A DNA stretch of 64,000 nt. Origin: Nitrospirota bacterium (GTDB lineage: Bacteria > Nitrospirota > UBA9217). Below, piece after piece: positions 44,037-53,821 of the stretch; within the stretch, counting starts at the first letter, position 1, and each line of letters opens with the position of its first letter. Made by a program: the position numbers and the translations under genes. The DNA is taken from NCBI GenBank assembly GCA_963754875.1, contig CAVWHO010000008.1:1-64000 (forward strand), in the 5' to 3' direction. The notes below the pieces were generated by a model. It made no database searches. It was given only the letters and a program-made list of their open reading frames with translations, and had not been told where the DNA came from.

Positions 44037-44900
44037 TTATACGCTTTTCAGTTCCTTCTCAATGACGGTCAGCGCAACGCCGCCCAGGATCAGGACCGAC
44101 GCGATCATAAGCCTCGGCGTCACGACCTCTGACAGGAAGATGACCCCCCCGAACGCGGCGAGAACCGGTACCGAGAGCTGGACCGTAGCGGCACGGGTCG
44201 AGGACAGGCCTCGTAGGGCAGTGTACCAGATAACGTACCCGATTCCCGAGGCGAGTGCCCCGGACAGGATCGCGAGCAGAATGCCCCTCGGCTCCGCATG
44301 GAGGCCCTGCACATGGGATGCCCAGACTACAAGGGCGAACGGCACGGCTCTTACAAAGTTGCCCGCTGTACGGGAAACCGGGTCTTTTGCCCCGCGGCCC
44401 CGTAACGAATAGAGGCCCCAGGCTATGCCGGCCAGTGCCATCAGGAGCGAACCTCCGGGCGAAGGTGCTGCTATTCCGGGGAAGACCAGGTAGATCAAGC
44501 CTGTGAGCGCGATCGCCAGGCCCGCCCACTGCAGCATATGCGGACGCTCGCCGCTCCGCAGGCCCGAGATGATCATCGTGGCCTGGACCGAACCGAAGAG
44601 GATAAGAGAACCGGTCCCCGCACTCAGACTGAGATAGGCAAAGGAAAAGGCGACCGCGTACAGAAAGAGCTGAAATCCCGAGGTCCAGCTGCCCGCAGTG
44701 AGAGCATGATAACCCCGCAGAAAGAGCGTCAGCATCGCGAGGGTAACCGCCCCGGAAACAATCCGGACGGCGGTGAAGCTGGCAGCATCGACCGCATGCG
44801 CTCCAAGTGCCATTCGGCAGAGCACGGAATTGGTGGCAAATGCAGTCATGGCGACCATGGTCAGGAACCACGTCCGAGCCTGTCCATTTTGCTCATCCAA
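44037..44900 (-). CDS. DMT/EamA transporter
   Basis: AFATNSVLCR, FSFAYLSL and QLSVPV motifs; about 10 TM helices. Confidence 0.9.
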   Translation of the reverse strand: MDEQNGQARTWFLTMVAMTAFATNSVLCRMALGAHAVDAASFTAVRIVSGAVTLAMLTLFLRGYHALTAGSWTSGFQLFLYAVAFSFAYLSLSAGTGSLILFGSVQATMIISGLRSGERPHMLQWAGLAIALTGLIYLVFPGIAAPSPGGSLLMALAGIAWGLYSLRGRGAKDPVSRTAGNFVRAVPFALVVWASHVQGLHAEPRGILLAILSGALASGIGYVIWYTALRGLSSTRAATVQLSVPVLAAFGGVIFLSEVVTPRLMIASVLILGGVALTVIEKELKSV

Positions 44901-44967
44901 ATGGATTCCTCCTTATCTTGATCCCCCCGTCCGGTCGTTGCAATCTCTGGCCATTCGAGAACTTGTT

Positions 44968-45705
44968 CTAACGGGCCACCCTTCTTGTCGTGGTTTCCCC
45001 ACCTGATCCGACAAGCTCGTGAAAACGCATCGCCATCTCGGGCCCTTTGGCCTCGTCCTCGTGTTTGAAAAAGACGAAGGCCCGTTCCCATTTTTGCGAA
45101 AGGATCCTTTCTGCCCATTGCGACAGATCGGCATTCGTATAATCGGACCGGCGCAGGCGCAGGTATCCCCATGGTGCCGTAGTGATAATCTCCCCTACCG
45201 GGTTTTCATCAGTGTCCTCGATGCACCAGCTGCAGCCCTTCTTGCGAAGGAGGTCCGGAATGCCGTCCTCGAGCCACGTGGGGCTGCGGAAATCAAAGGC
45301 GCAGGCCGCATCGCGGGGAATCAGACCGAGGAAATTTTCGAGCGCCGCGGCGTTGGCTCGAAAACTCTTGGGGAACTGAAAAAGGATCGGCCCCAGTTTC
45401 TTGTCCAGGACTGACAGCGACTTGAAGAGGTACTCGGTCTCCTCGAACACATTCCTGAGCTGTTTTATGTGCGTTATGACCTGGGGCGCTTTGAGCGCGA
45501 ACACGAAATCATCGGGGACCTGTCCGGCCCAGGATGCAAGCACACTCTCTTTGGGCATGTGATAAAAAGTATTGTTGATCTCTACGGTACTGAGGCGCCC
45601 GGCATAGTAGCGAAGCATATCCTTGGCTGAGATCTTTTCGGGATAGAATTTCCCTTTCCATTCCTTATGTCCAAACCCGCTTGTACCGATATAAATATTC
45701 ATCAT
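44968..45705 (-). CDS. DUF72 (YecE-like) protein
   Basis: IGTSG..W.G.FYP, VEINNTFY, LFQFP and YLRLR motifs. Confidence 0.9.
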   Translation of the reverse strand: MMNIYIGTSGFGHKEWKGKFYPEKISAKDMLRYYAGRLSTVEINNTFYHMPKESVLASWAGQVPDDFVFALKAPQVITHIKQLRNVFEETEYLFKSLSVLDKKLGPILFQFPKSFRANAAALENFLGLIPRDAACAFDFRSPTWLEDGIPDLLRKKGCSWCIEDTDENPVGEIITTAPWGYLRLRRSDYTNADLSQWAERILSQKWERAFVFFKHEDEAKGPEMAMRFHELVGSGGETTTRRVAR

Positions 45706-45706
45706 G

Positions 45707-47317
45707 TTACAATCCTCCTTCGCCGCTCCGGAGAGGCCTTTCCCGCACGACTTCCCGTGCGGCTTTGTCCTCGCGCAACCGCACGAAAACAGGCTGTCTC
45801 ATAATCGTCTCTTCAGTCCAGCCCGATAAGATAACCTCGCAGACCAGCTCCGGTTTTACCCACGTGACCGCTGCATTCGTCTCCGGCTCCTCGGTAAAGG
45901 GACACTCTTTTTGGACCAGGGGACGCAATTTTTCGCTGACATCCTGTAGATCTTTTTCTGCGAATCCGCCGCCCACATGGCCGATGTAAATCAACTCGCC
46001 CCCTTCGAAAAGGCCCAGGACGAGGCTGCCGAAATATTTTCTGCTCCCTCCCGGTTCAGTAAAGCCTGCAATAACTCCTTCCTGGGTCTGTCGCGTCTTC
46101 ACCTTGAGCCACTGCCGGCTCCTCCTGCCCGTTTCGTACGCGCTTTGAGCATGCTTGGCCACGATCCCTTCCAGTTCCTTTTCTTTGGCGACGTTATAGA
46201 ACAGGACCCCTTCTTTCCACACGTGATCGCTGAATTTAATTTTCGGGATGGAAGGAAGGATTTTTTTCAAGAGTTCCTTCCTCCTGATAAGAGGCAGGTC
46301 CGTCAAGTCATGTCCCTTGAAGTAGAGGATATCGAAAACGTAGTAGAGCAAATGGCCGGTCCCTGAGTCATGGTAATGCTGCAGCATCTGGAAATCAGGG
46401 CGTCCCTGGTCGTCCACTACGACGATTTCGCCGTCCAGAACAGCGTTGAACCCGAATTTCCGGAGCGACTCGACAACAGGAGAAAACTTTTTGTCGTACG
46501 ATATCCCGTTCCGGGAATACAGCGAAACAGTCCCGTCCCGGATTTCGGCAATAGCCCGGTACCCGTCCCATTTCACTTCAAAGACCCAATCCGGGTCATC
46601 AAACGGTTCCTCGACCACGGACGCGAGCATCGGTTTTAGAACCCGCGGCATCGGTCTGATCGGCGCGTCCTTCAGGTCTTCGCGTTCCATTGCCTCGTTA
46701 AGACGGATCTGGTTTATTTTTTTTTGTTTGAAAGATTTCTTCGGATTGGATTCGAGCAAATCCTCCAGCGTCTTACCGGACACCACGGAATGGTTCTCCT
46801 TAAGAATGTCCGCTTCGGCCACATATCGATCTTTTTTCTTCAAAAGAAGCCACGATTTCCCGTCCTTTCCTGTCTTTACCAGCGCGAATTCGCCATGAAG
46901 TTTTTCTCCTTCGAGGACGAACTTCATGTTCCCTTTCCGCAATCCTTCTAGAAGAAGTTTCTCGCTTTCGTTCTCATCCCTCGTGGAAGGGTGATGATAA
47001 AACCCCCTGTCCCAGATGATGACGCTTCCTGCGCCGTAACTGCCCTCCGGGATAACGCCCTCAAAATCCTTGTAATCCAGCGGGTGGTCTTCAACCATAA
47101 CGGCCAACCGTTTCAAGGAAGGGTCAAGCGAGGGCCCTTTCGGCACGGCCCAGCTTTTCAGCACCCCTTCCAGCGCCAGCCTGAGATCGTAATGAAGGGC
47201 CCGGGCCGCGTGCTTATGAATAACGAAAACAAGCCGGCCCGCCTGCGCCCGGGCACTCGGTTTCGGTTCCGGTGTTTTGTCGAATTCCCGTTTTGATGCG
47301 TATTCCTTTAATTCCAT
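45707..47317 (-). CDS. ligD: LigD phosphoesterase plus ATP-dependent ligase
   Basis: HYDLRL..LKSWAVPKGP, EVKWDGYR, EGIVAK and WLKVK motifs. Confidence 0.92.
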   Translation of the reverse strand: MELKEYASKREFDKTPEPKPSARAQAGRLVFVIHKHAARALHYDLRLALEGVLKSWAVPKGPSLDPSLKRLAVMVEDHPLDYKDFEGVIPEGSYGAGSVIIWDRGFYHHPSTRDENESEKLLLEGLRKGNMKFVLEGEKLHGEFALVKTGKDGKSWLLLKKKDRYVAEADILKENHSVVSGKTLEDLLESNPKKSFKQKKINQIRLNEAMEREDLKDAPIRPMPRVLKPMLASVVEEPFDDPDWVFEVKWDGYRAIAEIRDGTVSLYSRNGISYDKKFSPVVESLRKFGFNAVLDGEIVVVDDQGRPDFQMLQHYHDSGTGHLLYYVFDILYFKGHDLTDLPLIRRKELLKKILPSIPKIKFSDHVWKEGVLFYNVAKEKELEGIVAKHAQSAYETGRRSRQWLKVKTRQTQEGVIAGFTEPGGSRKYFGSLVLGLFEGGELIYIGHVGGGFAEKDLQDVSEKLRPLVQKECPFTEEPETNAAVTWVKPELVCEVILSGWTEETIMRQPVFVRLREDKAAREVVRERPLRSGEGGL

Positions 47318-47436
47318 GATGAAAACTTTCTACGAACTTTTGTCTCGCGCATAGCCGCCAAGTCGCAAAGAAAGCGGCCTAAACCGCGTGCGGCGAAGCC
47401 GCCTGTGATTACTTTGCCTATCAGTTCTTTTTGCCC

Positions 47437-48345
47437 TCACAAAAGGGGAAGCTTCTGCTCCTTCACGAGTACCTCTCGAAAAAGGTCCCCCTTTTCTTCC
47501 GCCCGGCGAACAGCGTCCCCATGCAAGACCTGCAATTTTTCCGGATCGCCAAGGCCGGCCAACTCCTCCAGCGCCCGCCACTCAAGGGGAAACGAAACGA
47601 ATGGTTTTTCCCGGGCGCGCAGGGAATAAACGCAGATCATCGTCTTCGAAGCGTCGTTTTGCGACCAGTTGATAAAAACCTTTGCTTTCCGCTCTTGCTT
47701 CGCCATTTTTGCAGTCACCAGGTCCGGATAATGTTTCTGCATGATCCCTGCCACGGCTTTTGAAAAAGTCTTGGTATCCTCAAAGGTCGTCTCACGGCGA
47801 TTCAAGGGAACAAATACATGAAGCCCTTTTTGGCCTGACGTTTTTACATAGCTCGAAAGTCCCATGCCGGAGAGCAGGTCCCGAAGTATCAGCGCAACCC
47901 TGGCACAATCGAGAATGTTTGCCGGTTCGCCGGGATCGAGATCGAAGACCATGGAATCGGGCGTCCAAGGTGATCCGGACCTGGCCAGAGGCACATGGAG
48001 CTCAAGAGACGCAAGGTTCCCCACCCATATCAACGTTTCCAGATCGTTAATCAGGCAAAAGGTCACTGCGTCACCATCATGCTGGGGGAGGATCTCCGCT
48101 GTTTTCACCCAGGCCGGACGGTGCCCGGGACAGCGCTTCTCGAAAAAGAAATCTTTTTCCACTCCTTCGGGATAGCGCTTAAAGGTCAATGCCCGGTCTT
48201 TCAAATGGGGCAGGATGAACGGTGCGATCCGGCGATAGTATTCCAGGATATCGGCCTTCGTGAAACCATAGGAAGGATAGAGATCCTTTTCCAGGTTTGA
48301 CAAAGGGAGTCTTCTCTCGGCTATTTCAACGAATGTTCGGCTCAC
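47437..48345 (-). CDS. LigD polymerase (primase-like) domain protein
   Basis: RYPEG..FFEK, FDLDP and KTSGQKGLH motifs. Confidence 0.92.
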   Translation of the reverse strand: MSRTFVEIAERRLPLSNLEKDLYPSYGFTKADILEYYRRIAPFILPHLKDRALTFKRYPEGVEKDFFFEKRCPGHRPAWVKTAEILPQHDGDAVTFCLINDLETLIWVGNLASLELHVPLARSGSPWTPDSMVFDLDPGEPANILDCARVALILRDLLSGMGLSSYVKTSGQKGLHVFVPLNRRETTFEDTKTFSKAVAGIMQKHYPDLVTAKMAKQERKAKVFINWSQNDASKTMICVYSLRAREKPFVSFPLEWRALEELAGLGDPEKLQVLHGDAVRRAEEKGDLFREVLVKEQKLPLL

Positions 48346-49127
48346 CTGCCCTCCTTCACTTTCCGCATGCTCTCCTCCAGCGCTGCGACCAGATCAGCAG
48401 GGCCTTCTCCCTCTTCTTCCTCCACTGCAGGGGGCTCCACCAAAGCTTTTTCTTTCGCCTTCGTCGCCAGGAGATCCATGAGCTTTTTCCGGCGTTCGTC
48501 CGCATATTTTCCCGGATTGAAGTCTTCGATCATTCGTTCAATGCTTTTTTTCATCCGGCTTTCTTCTTCGGCTTCGATCTTTCCTTTCTTCGGTGAAATG
48601 TCCTCATCGGGAAGTATTTCGTCGCTGTAATGGAGTGTGGTCAGCGCCAGTGCTCCCTCCCTGCTGGTGACCGCTACGAGATACTCGCGTTCAGCCATCA
48701 CGAATTTTGCGAGCCCGGCCTTATTAGTCCGACGCATCACCTCGACCAGCAGTTGATACGCTTTTTCGCCTCCTTTCGAAGGAACGAGATAGTAGGGGTG
48801 ATCATAATAGATCGGGTCCACTTCCTTCAGATCGATGAACTCAAGGATCTCGATCGTGCGGCTCCGTTCCGGGGACAGGGATTCCAGTTCCTCGTCCGTC
48901 ATCAGAATATATTTCTCCGGCAGGATTTCATATCCCCTGATGATCTCATCCGGGGGGACCATCGTTTCTTCCACGGGACAAAACATTTTTCGTGAGAGGC
49001 GGGAGTAATCCTTGCTGTGGAGCAGATGAAATGAAACACGGCCGGGCTCGACGGCCTTGACCAACCGCACCGGGATCGCCACCAGGCTGAAACTGATCGT
49101 TCCGCTCCACATTCCCTGCACAGCCAT
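48342..49127 (-). CDS. ku: Ku protein (copy A)
   Basis: WSGTISFSLVAIPV, YYDHPYYL and DLVAALEES motifs. Confidence 0.92.
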   Translation of the reverse strand: MAVQGMWSGTISFSLVAIPVRLVKAVEPGRVSFHLLHSKDYSRLSRKMFCPVEETMVPPDEIIRGYEILPEKYILMTDEELESLSPERSRTIEILEFIDLKEVDPIYYDHPYYLVPSKGGEKAYQLLVEVMRRTNKAGLAKFVMAEREYLVAVTSREGALALTTLHYSDEILPDEDISPKKGKIEAEEESRMKKSIERMIEDFNPGKYADERRKKLMDLLATKAKEKALVEPPAVEEEEGEGPADLVAALEESMRKVKEGR

Positions 49128-49139
49128 GTCATCCCTCCT

Positions 49140-49214
49140 CAAGTTCTTAGTTTTGAGTTTTTAATTTTGAGTTGCATTAATTAAGAACTAAAAACTAACA
49201 ACGTAAAACTGAAA
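49140..49214. repeat. inverted 7-mer repeat hairpin between the ku genes
   Basis: TTCTTAG TTTTGAG TTTTTAA TTTTGAG ... TTAAGAA CTAAAAA CTAACAA CGTAAAA. Confidence 0.7.
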
Positions 49215-49994
49215 TCAGGCGGCTTTCTTCAGACTCGCTTCAAGGGCCTGGAGCAACTGGTCTGATTCCGTAGGTTGCAAGCGCCTGGGCGCCAGGACCG
49301 CAATTTTTTCTCCGCGGGCTTTTTTCTCGATCAAGTCTTGCAGCTTCTTCTGATGTTCGTTTTCGAACTTCCGCGGTTCAAAAGGAGCGGTCAACTTGTC
49401 GATCAATTCGCTCCCGATTTTCAGTTCCTTTTCCGACAAGGGAGCGTCCTGCAGTCCGAGTGATTTCGCAGATACCACCTCGTCTGCATACCGCAACGTA
49501 TTCAGACGGAGGACTCTCCCGTTCGTCTGCAGTGCCCCGAGATAGGATCGCTTTCTCATGGTCCACGTGCAGATGCCCTCGACATCCATTTCCTTCAAAG
49601 CCTTGAGAAGGGCGTTATATCCTTTTCCCTGAATGCCTGACAGATCCGGCTCCAGGTAATAGACGCGATCGAGGAAGAAGGGGTCGATTTGCGCGGTTTT
49701 GACAAATTCGTGGACCTCGATGATACGGTTGCTTTCAGGAACCGTTTGTTCGAGTTCCTCCGGATCGATGATGATGTATTTCCCGTCCTCCACTTCAAAC
49801 CCTTTGGACTGTTCTTCCGCGGGCACCGGTTTTTTTTCGTATGCACAGATCATCTGCTGGCGCAATTTTACCTGATCACTCGCGTGCAGAAGGTGAAACT
49901 GAATCCGTTCTTCCCTCACTGCGGAATGCAGCTTCACGGCCACGTCCGTGTCTCCAAAGTGGATATATCCTTTCCAGATCGTTCCTCCCGCCAT
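49215..49994 (-). CDS. ku: Ku protein (copy B)
   Basis: IWKGYIHFG, YYLEP, LRYADEV and LLQALEASL motifs. Confidence 0.92.
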   Translation of the reverse strand: MAGGTIWKGYIHFGDTDVAVKLHSAVREERIQFHLLHASDQVKLRQQMICAYEKKPVPAEEQSKGFEVEDGKYIIIDPEELEQTVPESNRIIEVHEFVKTAQIDPFFLDRVYYLEPDLSGIQGKGYNALLKALKEMDVEGICTWTMRKRSYLGALQTNGRVLRLNTLRYADEVVSAKSLGLQDAPLSEKELKIGSELIDKLTAPFEPRKFENEHQKKLQDLIEKKARGEKIAVLAPRRLQPTESDQLLQALEASLKKAA

Positions 49995-50482
49995 TGAAAA
50001 TCCTCCGTAATCGTTTTCACGTCTTTCTCACCGTGAATACGCTTGACGAAAAAAGAGACAATCAGAATCCTTTATTTAGAAGATAGCACCAGGCAGCACA
50101 AGCGTCAAAGATACGGTAGTGAAACCGAAGTGCCGTCTTGTGACTTTTAATACGAAGGTTGCAGCAGGGATGACAGGGAATGAAGAAGAAAGGTACGCTG
50201 TTTAAGTCGCCCCGCGATAATAATTTTGTGGGCTGAACAGAGTTTGCAAGCTTTCCTTCGTTAGATTATAACAGCGCAATGTAAGGAACATGATAAGGAA
50301 CTGGACGGTGAGAAAAGTTGTTTGGAGTGAACTAAAAACTACGCACTAAGGACCGCTTCATCTTTCTTGGTTCATCTCTCATCCTTTCATCCGATTGCCT
50401 CTTGACGCATGCTTTTCCCTCATAGATTATACATTGCGGCCGGCTCATGACTTTTTCAACAGCCAGGCAAAGGTCCGATGAA

Positions 50483-51468
50483 TTATGTGCCATTTTCAAA
50501 AAAGAGATCGGCCCTTTCTCTTGCTTCATCCACACTCGCACTGGACTGGACCCTGGATGCCAGGTGGTGTCCGAATTTATAATTTTGGGCAAAATAATGG
50601 GTGAATTCCTTAAGCCTGCCTAGTCGGTATTCGGGCCGGAAAAGCTCGTTGACGAGATCGATAAAGTTGCCATAAACCAAAGGCAAAGACACCGTCGGTT
50701 CCGCAATAGTGCAGCCGCACACGTCCCGGGCAATTTCCGCAAACAGCCAGGGTTGTATCGCTGCCCCGCGGCCGAGCATCAGACCGTCGGCGCCGGAGAC
50801 GCGCAGACAATCTTCCGCATCCTGGACAGAGAATATCCCGCCATTGGCGACAACGGGAATCGTGATCCATTCCTTTACCTTGGCAATCCACTCCCATCGC
50901 GGCCTTCTGGCAAAGGACTCTTTTTTGAGCCGGGCGTGGACCGAGAGCATATCAATGCCCTCGTCTTCGAGCATGGTGCAGAAGGTCTTTAATTTCTCGT
51001 CGTCGAGTTCGATGCCGAGCCGGATCTTTGCGGTCAGCGGCAGTGCAGTACGCTTTCGCGCCTCGGCCACGATAGAGCGGACATCCTCCGGCCGTTCCAT
51101 CAGCCTGATGCCCGCACCGAACTTGCCGACAGCGGGAGCCGGGCAGCCCATATTCAGATCAATGGCATCGGCCTTCAGCTCATGAAGCACATCTATGGCC
51201 GGGGCCAGCTCTCCGGCTGCGGCAGATCAGGAGCTGATAGGAAAGCGGTTTTTCCGAAGCGGTCCTGATCAGGTACGGGGATACCCGGGGATTTTCCGTG
51301 GGCAGCCTTTTTGCCGCAAGCATTTCCGTTGATAAAAGGCCGACCCCGCCAAAGCCGAACATGATCTGCCGGAGCGCGCTGTGGGTAAGGCCCGCCATCG
51401 GCGCCAGCAGCAGGGGCGGATTGATCTGAAGATTCGCGAATCTGAATTTGTCGGAGAGGTGTTTGCAT
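50483..51468 (-). CDS. dus: tRNA-dihydrouridine synthase family protein (frameshifts near 51200 and 51430)
   Basis: LAPMAG, IDLNMGCP, KIRLG, VHAR, ANGGI and MLGRGA motifs. Confidence 0.85.
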
Positions 51469-51971
51469 TCTGCTGTCAGTAAGTATGTTCAGGCTCTTTC
51501 AAGGTCATCAAGGTCAATGGGTTATGCGGAATTATTGTTTTACGGAACCGTGGTATTTATGCTGCGGTCCCCGCGCCTTGCTGTTCAAATGGATCTTCTC
51601 CACGGTCATGATAACAAACGTATCATATTTGTCAACAGGTGGCGCTACCTATGAACTGAGCCGGGTGCTCCAGCCAGGATTTGTTCCGATGAGTCGGAAA
51701 AGGCATCGATTTCGCAGGAAGTATAAAAATCTCACAAACTTGAATTTTCAAAAGCGCCAGAATGAAATTGCATGAAAAAGACACCGGAAGCTTGATAAAA
51801 ACACAATAAAGTCCGCAGAGGACAGGGGCCGGCATACCGACGGAGAAGAAGTGTCATAGCAAACAGCTGGCTGAAGCGAAGACACACAGCGACACTGGTA
51901 TTAAATGAGGGGATGACACGCTGCCGCTTTACGGCAAGGCGCCAAGTAAGAGAAAAAAACAAAGAGCAAAA

Positions 51972-52352
51972 CTATTTGGCCTGCTTGCTGTATTGAACAT
52001 TGACTTCATATGCGATGCTGGCGTGCCCCAGGGTATGGTTCGTACCGCGGCAAAAAAGCTTCCCTTTGATGGACTTCTTGCGGGATTTTGCAAGGCCTGC
52101 GACGACGGGGGCCAGATCGAAACCGCCATTCATGCACCCATCCTCCATGCATTTCAGGTGAAAACCGGCATAGTCAGTGGGAGAGAAACTGAGCGTACGA
52201 GTCATTAATACTGCATCCAAACCAATCCTGTAATAAGTCATGCGAAATTCGATGTTCGAAAGCCCTGAATAACGCTCTGACACGAGACCGGTTGCGACCA
52301 GCGCGGCCCGCTCCAGTTCCCGCTTTTCCTTATAACTCTGTCGGTATCGCAT
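51972..52352 (-). CDS. hypothetical protein with Cys/His residues
   Basis: 126-aa ORF with AAGGAG RBS; CMEDGC...C...H. Confidence 0.6.
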   Translation of the reverse strand: MRYRQSYKEKRELERAALVATGLVSERYSGLSNIEFRMTYYRIGLDAVLMTRTLSFSPTDYAGFHLKCMEDGCMNGGFDLAPVVAGLAKSRKKSIKGKLFCRGTNHTLGHASIAYEVNVQYSKQAK

Positions 52353-52465
52353 GTTTCTCCTTCGGCCTTGTCGTTCAAAAAAAACGAAAGCCGTAACAAC
52401 ACACAGGGAACCTTGGTTTTTTCAGATTGATCGCACTTACGAAGCAACGGGGAAAGCAGCAATGG

Positions 52466-52496
52466 AAAAAACAGGCCCTGAATGATCAGGGCCTGT
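52466..52496 (-). terminator. intrinsic terminator after csp
   Basis: ACAGGCCCTGA/TCAGGGCCTGT stem followed by a T run on the minus strand. Confidence 0.8.
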
Positions 52497-52512
52497 GAAG
52501 GTAAGCGTTCGC

Positions 52513-52713
52513 TTAGAGTTTTACAACATTGGCTGCCTTGGGGCCTTTGGGTGAGTCGACAACGTCGAACTGCACTGACTGGCCTTCAGCCAACGACTTG
52601 AAGCCGCTGTCCTGAATGTCGCCAAAATGAACGAACACATCGCCGCCCTTTTCACGGGTAATGAATCCAAAGCCTTTGGAATCATTGAACCACTTTACTG
52701 TACCTGTCTCCAT
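52513..52713 (-). CDS. csp: cold-shock protein
   Basis: GTVKWFN.SKGFGFI and DVFVHF motifs. Confidence 0.97.
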   Translation of the reverse strand: METGTVKWFNDSKGFGFITREKGGDVFVHFGDIQDSGFKSLAEGQSVQFDVVDSPKGPKAANVVKL

Positions 52714-52970
52714 GATGAGCTACCTCCTTCTTGTGAATTGAAGCGACGGAAAGGACAAAAAAATACCGCAAAGTCTATCTGTCTTTGCGGTTTCCCTACA
52801 AGAACATCCGGAACTTCTGGTGATTATAATGCCACTTCTCCACCTGAATGTCAAGGGTTATTAATTATATATTGTTCATGAAGAAGTTATGGATGCGGCC
52901 AAGCTTTTCCTCGCCACCGACTCGTCCAGCAGGTGGGTGTTATTCAAGCGAATAGCCATGACGGTGATAG

Positions 52971-53294
52971 TTACTCGACACCAATTACATAATTGTAGGT
53001 GCCGAAAGGATTTGAGACCTTTTCGGTGTCGGGGATATCTTGAGCCCATACTCCGTCCATGAAATACTTGAATTCATGCCTTCCAGGAGGAAGTTTGACC
53101 TTTATTCGCCACGTCCCATCTTTGCCCTTTTTCATCGGCATTGACGACGTATTCCAGTTGTTGAATTTGCCGGCGATGCAGACTTTCTTGGCATCCGGGG
53201 CACGAAACGTAAATTCAATTTCATGCATCGTGCCCGCAGACTGTGCCCTGCCCACGGACTCTTTCATCTTCTTTATGACCTCAAGCGCTGACAT
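52971..53294 (-). CDS. glycogen-binding CBM48/AMPK-beta-like protein
   Basis: VCIAGKFNNW, LPPGRHEFKYFMDGVW and NPFGTYN motifs. Confidence 0.85.
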   Translation of the reverse strand: MSALEVIKKMKESVGRAQSAGTMHEIEFTFRAPDAKKVCIAGKFNNWNTSSMPMKKGKDGTWRIKVKLPPGRHEFKYFMDGVWAQDIPDTEKVSNPFGTYNYVIGVE

Positions 53295-53312
53295 ACGCGT
53301 AACCTCCTTGTA

Positions 53313-53336
53313 GGTGGTGGTGGTGGTGGTGGTGGT
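53313..53336. repeat. (GGT)8 microsatellite
   Basis: Read directly from the sequence. Confidence 0.95.
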
Positions 53337-53821
53337 TATTATTCCCGCTGCACGTGTCCGGATGCATGCGGATATAAGTATAATAGCATAATCCAGGAGA
53401 AATATTGTCGCAGGGCTCGTGTCTTCGTTTTTGCGATTTTTTTTCTATATTCTCTCATGGATGAATGTATTTATAAACATCTTTCTGTATTTTCCGCCAC
53501 CATCCTGTAGTCTTTCCTGATCGAGCAACTGGGATCGTCCTGACTGCATCAAAGCCAGATCAAACATTACCGTAATTTGTTGAACCGGAGAAGCACGTGC
53601 AGCACGAAGTTGATTTGGCGAGCCAGGGTCAAAGGGATTGAGAGACATTCTTTCCCAGACACCGAATTCCAATTCTCCCCTGGGTCGCATCCGTAATTTA
53701 TCCTGCATCAGTAAAACATTCGGTTGACAATGACCATGAAATGAATAGAATATTCCAAGATAGAACGGGTTGGCCTCAAGGTCAGCCCTTCTTTTTTTGC
53801 CTCACATCACGGAGGATCCGT

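Noticed and set aside
50160..50400. GATGA/TCATC repeats as a decayed four-helix cassette
   Set aside because: The arms are weak and no recognisable coding remnant lies between them
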